Origin: Orbicella franksi
Lineage: Eukaryota
Reading direction: 5' to 3'
Assembly (NCBI GenBank): GCA_964199315.1
Contig: OZ116698.1
Span: 34,038,001 to 34,102,000, forward strand
DNA: 64,000 bases
How positions within the stretch are numbered: the first letter of the stretch is position 1; each line of letters starts with the position of its first letter. A program made the translations under genes and the position numbers. Shown here one piece after another: positions 37,719 through 49,950 of this stretch. The notes under the pieces are model-generated. The model did not search any database, had not been told where the DNA came from, and saw nothing but the letters and a program-made list of their open reading frames with translations.

Positions 37719-40700
37719 TTTGACTTCAGTATGAATTACCCAGGACAATTTTCGGCCCTGTTACTATTATAGTCGCGAGTAGCACCCAGACCCCGTCAGT
37801 ACTGAACCCGTCCCTGGGGCCTTCTCCTCGACGAGGTTGTTTCTTTCCTCTTCCTGTCTTTCCAAGACCATTTTCGTGTTGTTAGATTAAACAGGGCATA
37901 ATTTTCAATGAAGGATAAGCGAATTAATCGCAACCTGATGCCAGGAGGTTGGTGGTGTGCAGACCGCTTTCCGAAACTCTTACCTTATTTCAGACCAAAA
38001 TCTCCGATTTTCCCTCCGACCCTTTTCAGACTTGACCAGATATTCGATACCCCATTTCATAATCAGTTTCCTAGTTCTGACAATGTTAAAGGAAATGTTT
38101 GTATGATTTTATTACATAGGAGAAGGGTCGAGAGACCAAAAATCAAAAGAAAATGGTAGCCTGCGTGGCAGGTGTCCGAAGGGGAGGGAAAGGGAAAAAA
38201 ACGAGCGCACGAAGCAGGATCGAGCACACCGAGCGCGTGATGGTAGGGTCGATCCTCCCGCGCTCATTTTGACCCTTTCCCTCCCCCTGTACGGCCTGCC
38301 ATGCAGGCTAAAGAAAATGATAAATGTACAAACTTCACCGAACGCAGGATTAGTGTGCTGTCAACCCCACTTTACACACAAATTATACTCTATTCAGACC
38401 AAAACAGCCAAAAATCATACCCTTTCTGGCTGCACTATCTATCTAACCCATATAAGGGACTACCTCTTCGGGTGTTTCAGGCGATGCAGTCACACACTGA
38501 TATGATCCATGTCACGCAACACAGAAGAACTGACAAACAAGCCAAGCAATTCTCATGTTACAATTACTTAGCGTGACCAAACGGGCAACGGAAGCCAAGA
38601 CAGAAGTATAAACCACAGCTGTATAGTAATTTTGCTTTCAAAAGCAGGTATTTTCACAGACGTGTTAACTGAGATTCCGGCCCAGTGTTAATATACTCCA
38701 GGGGATTACGGCTAATGATAATGATAATGATGTTAACAGAGATTCTGCAAAAAAAACTTCACAAGAAACATCAGGTGAATACAATGCATGTGGGGTAGTG
38801 GCACCTATGGCATTGTATACAAAAATCTACACAAAATGGTTGTCCAAGGTCAAAAAGAAAAACAAACAAACACAAAAGCACTCCAAAATTTAATATAACC
38901 CCAAATCGTCTGACTTTGCAAAGTTAATGGATATTGCTATTGAGAATCAGTGGCTTGCTGGAAATTCTGTCCTCTACGCGTTCCTCACTGATTCTAAGGG
39001 ATTGATCATTCTTGAAGGAGAAGATGAACTGGAGATGACCCCCAAAAAGAATTGTTTTCTTTAATGTGTTTCGACCCTTTCTCACGAGGAACTCTTGCCG
39101 TTCGTGTTCACCTATAAATTAATCTTAGATCGTTGTTAACATATTTTGGGTACACAATATTTGCCATTCTGTCGATCAATCTTTGTACTCACTTCAAATC
39201 ATTCTCTTAAGCAAGAGACAAAGCAAAGTTCGACTTTGTGGTAATAATACACGTGTGGAAACCTCCCGTACTGGGAGCAAACTGATTTACGTGCTTCCAA
39301 GGGTAAAACGCCAGGGTGGGGACTCCCATATAAAAATGACGGGGATGCTTGTCGTCCCTTCAAAACCGCTTTTTTTTTTACCCTTAAGCGATTTTGGTAC
39401 CTCTTAGAGTGTTTAGCCTCAAAAGGTCCACAGCGGGAGCTTTTACAGTACGTTTTAGGGTATTGAGCCGAAAAAATATGACAGGAGATAATTTGTTGTT
39501 TTAGAATTAGTACCTTTCAGGGGTGAAAAACATTTCAAGCCACGCCCACAAAACAGTATCTTGGTAACTCTTAGGAGTTCTTTTCAAAATTTCCGACGAG
39601 CACCCCTGTCCTTTTTATATGGGACTCCCTTCCCCGGGCGTAGAACAGCGACGTTCTTAGCTAATTGGGGAATTTTTCAAGCTTATAGTAGTCTTCCATA
39701 TGTAGAGTTAGAGTCCGAACGACCGAAGTTGAATTGAAACACGCTTCAGCTGTAGATTTTATCAGCTGACAAAACAACTATTAGCCCCTCGGAGGAGTCC
39801 CGTATAAAAGGGATGGGTTACTCGTCGGAAATTTCGAAAAGAGCCCCTTAGAGGTACCGGCGTGGCTTGAAATTTCTTTCACCCCTAAGAGGTACCAATT
39901 CTAAAACTATACATTAACTGACATTAACTTTTTTCGGCTCAATACCCTAAAAGGTACCGCGAAGGGTAAACACCCTTATTGGTACCAAAACCTCTTTTTT
40001 AACCTCTGAAAGGTACGACAAGCACCCTCGTTCTTTTTATATGGAAGTTCTTCCTGGGGAGTCAGCTCTTCGGTAGAGTAACATCACTTCGCTCTCTATT
40101 ACTCCGCTTAGTGATTCTTTTACGCAACTCAAATGAAAAAGTGCTCTTGACACGTCATATCGTTCAAATAACAGAAGTCTTGTTTCCGTCAGTCGAGTGT
40201 TGCATTGTGGTTGATTGGGGGAAAAGTAACATAACAAATAGCAAATTAATAAACATCACAGAAGCATAAAATATTAGTCCGAGTTGTCATTTACCAATGT
40301 TTATTTATGATATATATAGGCAAACTCTGCATCGGCGAGAGGCTTCAAAAGCAATCTGGTCTCATACTGAGTACTGATTTTAAAAAAACGCACACATACA
40401 CTCACACTGTCGTTTTATTGGCAAACTAAACCCAAAGAAGAGGAATTAATCTGACTTTTAAAGCAGTGAGACCAACAAATGGCAGAAGGCATTATTACAA
40501 GATTGTTATGCATTGCCATGTCCTCTTCACAATTTTAGGTTAAACGATAGGATACCTTAATTGTATACAAATGCACCTTTAAAGTCTCCATCGTTCTGTT
40601 CAGTTCTTCCCTATGAGCCAACGTTGCATACAATAAATCACTAACTCAAAAACTTTAATCCTTCAATTCTCAGCAGTTGTCTTTAAGATATGGGCATCGG

Positions 40701-40849
40701 GGAGCTGATCGTCTAAAAAACACACGTAGACTAACAGCTTATCTCGACTTAGTCGACACACTGGATTCACACTGTTTTATTCTAAGAGCATGGGACTCAC
40801 GGAAAACTGAAAACGCTCAAAATTCAAAACGCGAAATCACAACTGATTT

Positions 40850-43753
40850 CTACTGAATTGTACAGTCGCCTCCATGGCGTTCCTAAAAAGGAAAAGAGAA
40901 ACAAAAAGGAAGATAAATTACATTAAGAAATAAAAAGTGGATCTAATAGATTTAGTAAAACGTGACTACAAACTCTCGTCATAAATTATCTCTGGAACAA
41001 AGCGTTACATGAAGGGCTGGACTAGCACTGTTCAAATTTTTCTACCGACACCAAAAGAACGTGGAAAAGAAGAACCACGAGACATCCCATCGAGCTCTGT
41101 GCATACAAGCTAACAACTTGTTTTTTTTCCTTTTTGTTTTTGCATTTCCATCGCTCTGAGAAAAAAAGTGCAGTGAGCAGTGTAGCAGTGTAACCTGAAT
41201 GGGCATTTATACTGAGGCATGGTGGTTTCACGTAGAGACGCGGTGGCCTCATGGTTAGTGCGCTCGTCTCCGGATAGAGCGGTTCGGGTTCGAGTCCTAG
41301 GGACCGTTTCTCGAAAGCCCCGGAAACTTTTCGGGCCCGTAAAGCCACTTTTAGTTCACTTTTAGTTGTTAGTTAAGATTAACTAACAACCCAAAAATTA
41401 AACTCGGATATAAAGATAGGGCAATGCAATTTCCAGCCCTTGGGCACTAATTAATATAATTGGAAGTGTGAGGGTCGAAGATCGGCATTGAGCATGAATG
41501 TGGGCAACTTGTAATGTTCCTTATAAGGCATGTGTACCATATATGGTACCACCGCAGCACTTACCGCGAGAGTTTTTATGGTTGCTGCTTGTCTGTCAGC
41601 TTCGCCAGTCCTTATGACTCTCACATCTTCACGGATCAAAGTAGCTTCTTCCTGCAAACATAAAAAATAAATGTAGCAGAGATAAACAAGGTGATATAGC
41701 AAGAAGTTTTAACTGAAAGATTTTGAATTGCGTCATTTTTACTTGAGTGTCAGGTTCGCCAGTCCTACTGATAGTCACTTCTTCATATACTTCAGAAGCT
41801 GCTTCCTGAACAAAAAAAGATATTTTGAAATAAGTATTGCTGCGTCGATGGGCAACAGAGAAAGCGAAGTAATTACAGTTTATGTTTCAGTTAGAAGAAT
41901 TATTAATGTTACTTTAAACATTGTACTGTTTAATTTTGGATAAAATCCAATCGACTCTTTGATTCCTTACACCTCGTTCATCGGTACTGTAAGTTTTCGA
42001 AAGCTGCAACGGGAAATTCAGGAGAACACATAATTGTTATAAAAATGTGCAAAGACCAATCGTAAAATTTAAAGGTATTCTAAGTACATTGATCGACTCA
42101 TACCAATTAAAGAACATTACCGCTTTCTTTACATTCTTTACAAACCTGTCCATCAGAGTCCCTTAGAACTGTCTTTGTTTCTTTGCCAACACCCCAGCTT
42201 GCCTTCTGTTTGAAAACTAGATCTGTTGGTGGCTTGTGCTGACCAGCACCTTTGGATGCCCAGATCTACAATTCACAAAAGTTTGAGTTTGAGATAAATT
42301 CATTGATTTTGGAGACTGGTTCTGTTCTGGATCTACTGAGGGACCCTTGGCCCCATTTCTGATGAGAAGGTTTATCTGAACCATTTCTTTTTTCAAGTTG
42401 ATCTCCGTGAAGTATTAGATGTCTTGGGCACTGTTGATAGGTGACCTGTAGGTCTGCTATAGTCTTCAACACGACGGTAATTGGCAGTCGAAAACTTGTA
42501 TAGGTTACTCTATTTTTAGCCAAAGATGGTTTTCTAAACCATTTTTCTGTGACGATTCATCTAAGCTGTGGCCCCTCGGTATATTTGCAAATTTTTAGAG
42601 TAGTTTAGTAATGCAAGTTGGAGGTGAGAAAATCCAAAGTAACCTGCTCCTCTATTGGCTGAGAAGTTTGAATATGAATAGAAAATGTCTAACAGTTGAG
42701 TTTTTAATATAAAACAGTCATTGCATCACACATCAGAGGAAACATCCTTAACAAGAAGTTTTAACTCACTGTGACATGAGATCCACTTTTCAAAACATAT
42801 TTAGAAGTGAACTTATAAGTGACCGGTGGTTCACCGTCAACTGATCTTTCCACACTCCATCCACCAAGAGGAAAATCCTGAACAAACAAACACACTAACA
42901 AGGTTACTAAGAGTAATTACCATGTATAATATATTATTTTCGACTGAATGTTCACTTCCTCTGAACTCTGATACGTAGAAGCCAATTAGAGACTGCCAGA
43001 CAGAGACCTTTTGCCGGATCTAGACCACCTTTCCTATTTGGAAGTAATTCATCTGATGTGTTCTTTTTTCAACTGTGATGTTTTTTTTGGAAGCACTCAT
43101 AAAGGTAGGTTCTTAATTTTCTCATCCCGCCACATCAAGCAGAAAGCCATGAATTGTCAAACAGTTGTCATGCCACTGTGGAGCTCTCACAACAGTAATC
43201 AAACGCTCTGACTGCGTACGATTCCCGCCACAACTGCGCCTATAAAAGTCTCATTTTTATGAAATCAGTCTCCTTCTGAAAAGTGAAGTTTGCCCTCGAC
43301 ATACGCGTGGATGATTTTACAATCGTTATCTTTATCCACTACTTTTTTAGAACGTTTTTATAATGTTCATAACGTTTCCCGACAAACGTCTTGTATATTT
43401 CGATTCAAACTCTTGCAAAGTTCGATGCGACGAAAAACAGAAGCGGCGTTGGACTTTTGTTTTTAACCGCTGTCAACAAGCGATCAGTTGGTTAGCAACG
43501 ATCCAGGCAAACACCGCAGGCTCATTCCGGTTTCGGAGACTGGAATTCATTTTCAATAGGTTCCCATTCCTTCGCGAGAACGTGAAGAGCCATATCAGTA
43601 TTTTAACAACCATGTGGGTTACTTACTTTAGGTCCACTGTTGAACAACTTGACAAATTTGCCTTCAATGTTTGCTTCCTCAATCTGAATCCATCCCTCAC
43701 TGGAATGTTCATTTACTTCCACTCGCCTACGCATACGTTTCAGACCAGGTGAC
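40850..43753 (-). CDS. Lamin paralog tail cassette B (NLS + LTD + two linker exons + CaaX exon)
   Basis: Exons: 43753-43627 (phase-2 start; SPGLKRMRRRVE...WIQIEEANIEGKFVKLFNSGPK), 42877-42770 (108 nt), 42265-42146 (120 nt), 41805-41743 (63 nt, weak donor), 41651-41565 (87 nt), 40882-40850 (ERHGGDCTIQ*). AATAAA at 40781-40776. Confidence 0.85.
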
Positions 43754-44305
43754 CTGAAAGATGACATTTATCATTAGATACGTATTTTATAGCCCAAGGA
43801 TCTTATACTGGCAAACACAGGTCACATCGGGGAACGCTTTTATTAAAATACCTGAGTTCATCGGACAATCAGTTAAACTGATCAGTTGATGGCTACCAGT
43901 TGAAAATTTAATCAATCACCTATCATAGGCCTCTTATTTTTGCGTGGATTTATTTATTATAGTCGAGTATCTTTAAAGATTCGCATAAGTTTGTAGCCGG
44001 GACGATCAATCAACGGAAAGGAAATATAACTATGATATTCAGTTGCAATTTACACCTAATCGTGCCTTTTTGGTACGCTTCGGCGGCATATCAGCTGAGT
44101 CTTGTCGAGCCATGGTTTGTATTTTGGCGAACCAAAATACTCATGGCGAGACTAAACGAACCTGATATGCTTCAAAGCGTACCAAGGAGGTACGATTAGG
44201 TATTTACCGTACCGAAATTCGGCCAAGTGACCATGATATCGTAGCCTTATCAGGTCAGTGACTTGATATCGCAGGATATTAGGACAGTAGACACGGCATC
44301 TGATT

Positions 44306-44468
44306 GATTCGCTCCGACGAAACGCTCGACGCTCGAAACGTCAGCTTTCGAATCTTTTTACGGTGGCCAATTTACATAATCAACCCAGTTGATAAAACCA
44401 AATTATCTTGTTATACTCCCCATCGACGCAGCAACACAGTTTCTTTAGAAACTTACCCCCTCTATTCA
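44306..44468 (+). mobile_element. Penelope-associated short repeat with a degenerate minimal type-I hammerhead ribozyme
   Basis: GATTCGCT-CCGACGA-(stem II)-GAAACGTC-AGCTTTCGAATC has the hammerhead layout, but the core CUGANGA reads CCGACGA and stem II is mismatched. Family assignment is from recalled similarity to cnidarian Penelope repeats. Confidence 0.6.
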
Positions 44469-44750
44469 TAATTGCGAATCAGTTTGGGTATGGTAAAAAC
44501 ACAAAATAATAACCGGTCAAGGTTTGGTTTTGATTTGTTACTGCTCGTATTATTGACAATAAAACTTTGTTTTAATGACTGAAACCTTTGTGCTAATTTT
44601 ATTTTTAGTGTGTGCCTCGTGGATATCGCAAAATGATAGTCCAAAAAATTTTTACTGACCAATTTTGCACGATGTTCGTGAATTCTAGTGGAAGTAAACT
44701 GACGGACATTACAGGAAAGTGGGATTTTAAAATAAAGTATGTATCAGGTT

Positions 44751-47165
44751 TCAACAACATGGTGATAGTTTCTCACACCTTTCGCCGTCTTCTATTCTGG
44801 ATAATTTGCCGTCTACCTAAAAAGGAACACAAAAAGGAAAATAAATACCCCAACAAATACAAAGGTGATTTAATAATTTGTTATGGACGAGATGTAATCG
44901 GCAAAGGTAGAGACAGCCACTCGTCATAAATTATCTGTGGAAAAAAATCATGAAACGTATGGTGATTAATACTGTTCGCAAATTTTCTATTCTCCGTTGT
45001 AAAGCGGTTAAAAATGGTCAAAAACGAGTGTTCTTAATTTCTTCGTCCCCGTTATGGACGGCGGCTGATCAAACAACGGAGCAGTTGCGAGCAGAAGTTC
45101 ACTCTCGGTTCTCACCGAGCAGAAAGAGAAGGGAATCTCTATCTAACAGGACATACTCACTTCTTCATGTTCTTCAGAAGCTGCTTCCTGAAAAAAAAAA
45201 TGTATTGAACTAAGTAACACTGACGTGGGACTGCTGCATCTTTGGGTGCAGACAGAAAACAGTCATTTCTATTAAATAACCTAATGATATTACTTTAACC
45301 AGTGTACAGTTTAATGTTGCTAAAAGGCGATCGATTCTTTGTATCTCATTTATCAATACTGTAACAGAGCTTTCGAAATCTGCACCTGGAAAATTCTGGG
45401 AAACAAATAATAGTTATGAGGGTGCAAACACCAAATCGTGAAAAGGTATTCCAAACGGTAAATTATAGAACGTTCGTTCCTTTACATCCTCGACAGCAAA
45501 CTGGCAAACAAGGACACGAACCTGTCCATCAGAGTCCCTTAGAACTGTTTTTGTTTCTTTGCCAACACCCCAGCTTGCCTTCTGTTTGAAAACCAGATGT
45601 GTCGGTGGCTTGTGCTGACCACCACCTTTGGATGCCCAGATCTAAAATACACAAAGGTTCGAGTTTGAGATAAAATCATTGATTTTGGAGACTGGCTAAC
45701 AATGACGGATCTACTGAGGGCCTCTTGACCCCAATTCTGCTGAGAAGGTTTATTCGGGCCTTTCTGTTTAATCAAGTAGTCGAACAGTCAAAAGATTGTA
45801 AATTTTAATCCATCTATTGCAAGAGAACGTTTAAAACATTGTTTTATTATGTTTGTCCTGATCTATTCTAGCCGTGGCCCTTCGATAACTTTACATATCT
45901 TTTCTATGATTTTCAGAGTAGTTAGTGAAAATCAACAGAAAAATATCTAAAACTCCGGCATCGACTTATTCAAAACTTAAAAGTTAGCGAGTGACAAAGT
46001 TACCAGATTTTTAACTTACTGTGACATAAGACCCACTTTTCAAAACATATTTGGGAGTGAACCTATAAATGACCGGCGGTTCACCATCAACTGATCTTTC
46101 CACACTCCATCCACCAAGAGGAAAATCCTGAACAAAACAAACAAAATTACATGATTACTAAAAAAAATTATGTACAAATATATTATTTTCGAATACGCAT
46201 ATATAGTACAAACCGTTCAGATTTACATTAAATCTTTGCTACCCTAGAGAGGTAGGAAAGGAGGATAACTTGGGTCAGAAGGCGATTAAAAACTGTCAGA
46301 CTGGAACCTGGACAGATGTGAAAATCAGCAAAACTCGTAAATTCCTGGCTTCGAACCTAAATCATTCGAAAGTTCGTCGAGTATTTTTTAACTCACCCGA
46401 GTTATGCTTGCTCTAATTGACTACCGAGTCGAAGAGCGACCGGCGACATTACAACAAATCACTTAGTGGCCGCATAACCTCCACATTCAAAACAACACTT
46501 GAACAGTGATACCGACTACGATGCGCCAGCGACGGCTACTGCTACAATGGTCAGCGGACTTAGAAAAAAATAAGAGTGGGCAAAAAGGAGTGAAAATTCT
46601 CGCAATACCTACAACTCGGAAATGATAAAGTTACTTTGTTTGTTAAAAATTAAGCTCGTTCTCCGCATATGCATTCATGATTTAATGATTGTTATCTGTT
46701 ATCCACCTATTTATCAGCTTGTAAGTTTGCTAGCGACTTCGACACGTTAATAAAGTTCTTATCTTGTCTTATCTTGTTTTCACCGCCCTTTTCAAAGCGA
46801 TTCCTTACACGTCTTGAACATTCAAACTCTCTCTTGCAAAGTTCGAGGAAACAAAAGCCCTGAAGCGGCGTTAGATTTTTTGTTTAACCTCTACGAGGAA
46901 GCGACCAGTCGATCAGCAACATCCAGAAAAAATACTGCGGGCTTTTTTCTGACTGGGTGACCGGAATTCCTCGTCAACAGGTGCACCTGTTACCTCGATG
47001 GAAAACTTGAAGCGCCACATGTTTTATAACCCTGCAAATTAACTTACTTTAGTTCCACTGTTGAACAACTTCACAAATTTTCCATCGATGCTTGCCTCCT
47101 CAATCTGAATGCATGCCGTTCCTTCGAATTCAATGCGTCTACGTTTAAGTCTATTCATGTTCAAC
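44751..47165 (-). CDS. Lamin paralog tail cassette A (NLS + LTD + 27-nt linker exon + terminal exon ending SPCC)
   Basis: Exons: 47165-47048 (phase-2 start; LNMNRLKRRRIEFEGTACIQIEEASIDGKFVKLFNSGTK), 46127-46020 (108 nt), 45641-45522 (120 nt), 45187-45161 (EAASEEHEE; if unspliced it reads VSMSC* ending at 45143), and putative 44816-44751 (VDGKLSRIEDGERCEKLSPCC*). AATAAA at 44603-44598. The last two exons are less certain. Confidence 0.8.
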
Positions 47166-48549
47166 CTGAAAAATGAAATTTATCATTAGATAAGTATTTT
47201 AAAGCCCAGAGGCGGGTCACATGAGGGAGAGCTATATTTAGCTCTTATTAACCGAGCTGGAGGTCTGTATGGGAGAATCTTGACCGAGGTCGTGAGTACA
47301 GACCAAACGCAGTGAGGTCTGTACACACGACCGAGGTTAAGATTCTCCCATGCAGACCGACTTAGCTCGGTCAATAAGATGTTTATTATATGGCAAAGAA
47401 GAAGACTTTAATTCGTTTAATGTAACTGGTGTGCTAACATTTTGCTTGCGAACGGCGATGAGCTTAACTTAAACCTGCCGAAATTTGCTCGTCCTCTTTA
47501 CTTTTTTTTTTTTGTCATCAGGCTTTTTGGCACTTCCATAAATGATTGAGAAGAAAATAAAAGAAAATGGTGAACATTTTTGTATTTTAGTCTGCTACTT
47601 TTACAACGCAAAATGAAACCGGTCTAGATGCCGGTCTAGATGGGAAAATCTAGACCGCGGTCAATATCGATTTCAGCCGACCAAATTCGTGAATTCGGTA
47701 GTTCCCAGTCCTTGTGAGACACAGCCAGATAATAATGGGTGATATAGACCACATACGATTCCTTAGGTTTTAGTTCATCGCGCAGAATGCCCATTGTTTT
47801 CGGGACATTTACTTACAGTTCATGAAATATTTTAGGTATATCATATCGCCTATTATTATTCAAATAAACGCAAGTTGGACACAAGGGGGAAAGTCTCATT
47901 GGTTAAGATAAACTCGTGCTATTCTCCGTAAGGAATAAAGCCATGCTCATTAACTTGAAGAGGGCGGAGCATCGAAACAATGAAGTTTTCGTGGCATTGT
48001 TTTCGCTATTGTCCGCAACTCTCAAAGTAAATTTACCGCTTCTGCCTGAAAAACATGAGTGAAAATTTTGTTATTGATCCGCCTAAAAGAAAGGAAATGG
48101 TGTGCTCTCTTCTCGTCGCGCGAGCAAAACAATCGTTTGTGTCAAAATCCTTAGTTTTACAATGTTTGGTTGATTCGTTGGAAAGAGTTGCTTGAAAGCT
48201 GCTTCAAACTAACTATCATGTTATTCTTGGATCGCGTTCGATTAAGTTTCTTTGAAAATGGCAAAGTCGCGCTCGCTTATGTTTGCAAAATATAAAGATA
48301 GCGCGGATTGGATCGTGCTCGCTCGAACGGATTTAGTTTTTTCGTTATGTTATGCAAATACAGTTGAACCCCGCTATTTCGAACTCTAAAGTGGAAACGA
48401 AAAATAGCTCGAGTCAAGCAGTCGTTCTATGAGTTTTAAAGTTGGCGGGCTACTGACCAATGATTCGCATTTAACGACTGAGTGATTTTTTTGAAAAGAT
48501 ATGGTAACTTTTAGACAGCCATTGTTATGCAGTCGTGTGCTTCAAACAA

Positions 48550-48920
48550 TAGGGAGTTTACGAAACCACGACAGCAACGGCAACGGGAACGTCACTGAAC
48601 AAAAGAATTAATGAGCAGAACAATGGCTGTGCACGTGCTTTATAATTCTTGGTACTTTTCTTTGCCGTTCTCTGCAAGACAACAACGTGAACTGACCAAA
48701 TTTTGGGTTGTCTAGAGAATGTGAACCACGACGGCTAATTTTTTAAATTTTTATTTCAAATTTATCGCTGTGTTCCGGATTTGGTTTTGCGGCAGTTTTG
48801 ACAGTGATAAACAAAGCAAATGACTTAAGAGTATCACGAGATTCGTAGGTAAAATATAAATTCATTTTTTAATCGACGTTGTCCTCGACGTTGCCGTCGT
48901 GTTTTCGTAAACTCCCTAAT
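48550..48920. mobile_element. MITE, Harbinger-like
   Basis: Inverted termini GGGAGTTTACGAAA / TTTCGTAAACTCCC with T(A/T)A-type flanks. Confidence 0.65.
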
Positions 48921-49950
48921 GGCTCACTAAGCAAAGACGCGCCATATTTAAACGCACTTCCAACTCGCAATTTTAAATGTCAGCTAGTCGTTATTTTACT
49001 CCGATGTACAAAGTAAAGACGGGATCAGTTAAGAAAAACGTCAAACTTTTATTTCCCGTCGTTCACTGTTTTGAAGCCAGTCTCACTTAAAAAATCGCTC
49101 CTCACTTCGTATCGGTCACATGTTCCCCTCTGAAAAAGCCGGTTTGTTCCCAATTTTCGAACGCAGAAAGCTAGTGGAAAAACTTCGTAAAACTTCACAT
49201 TTTTTGGCTACAATTGTAGATATAGCATTCCTCATGAAAAGCCCGTTGTTCAAAACATTAAGTGGGACTTAGGAAAGTCAGGAAATTGTGTTTTATCAAT
49301 GCCCTGCAGGCAAATTAGAGCCTTTTCTCTCTTATTCTTGGCCATTCAAACTACATTCGCATTCAAATCTTGCCGCTTCGGTGCTCATGAATAAGTAATG
49401 ATGTCCGGCCATTCTACGCGATGTACCAGTTTACCTATTTTTAGCCAATTACGATTCAAAGGTAGCCTTTTACTTTTGCGTGAGTTTTATTTTCGTTATG
49501 TCTTATTATCGATAAAGGTCCACAAATAATTTATTCGACGAAAGTTATCCCGTAAAAAGGAAATGTGTTCATATTATTCATCTGCTTAATTGCGAAAAGA
49601 CAAATACAAGGTGGTGACAGTTATCATGATGACTGAAACTTTGTACTTTACTTGGTCTTTGAATGTGCCCCGTGGAAAGTCGGAAAATCTTCTCATGGGA
49701 AGGTTTTTACTCAGCAAAGTAAGAAAAGTTTAATTTTGCTCGATGTTCTCAAATTCTAACGTAACAAGAGTTAGCTGACGCCATTTGAGGAAAGTAGAAA
49801 ATAAAGCATGTAACAGTTTCCTCTCTAATAAAACGTGCAATAAACACCGACAGAAAAAAACCATTTACCGTACTTTTATATTACACTGAAAAGTGACAAA
49901 ACCTATGTTTGAGATTATAAGGCTTCACGGGCATGTTTAGGTTACCACAC

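Noticed and set aside
38895-39064. Plus-strand open frame of about 55 codons (PKSSDFAKLMDIAIENQWLAG...KKNCFL*)
   Set aside because: Looks coding-like, but has no clear splice acceptor, start context or recognisable homology.
41022-41348. 108-aa ORF, and an alternative acceptor near 41155 giving a basic/hydrophobic tail
   Set aside because: The ORF starts in a SINE head and MITE sequence, and the true homologous terminal exon lies at 40882.
40850-41565. Initial idea that the lamin paralog entirely lacks a CaaX box
   Set aside because: A scan for Cys-x-x-x-stop found the 33-nt exon 40882-40850 encoding ERHGGDCTIQ*, so only cassette A lacks CaaX.
42266-45775. Similar ORFs 42266-42523 and 45539-45775 (KPSxQxWGQ...LSRS)
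   Set aside because: They are intronic sequence duplicated along with the tail cassette. They are short and the similarity is explained by the duplication.
43627-47165. Model of one protein with two LTDs in tandem
   Set aside because: Cassette A donors are all phase 0 while the first exon of cassette B needs phase 2, and A has its own stop and poly(A) signal.
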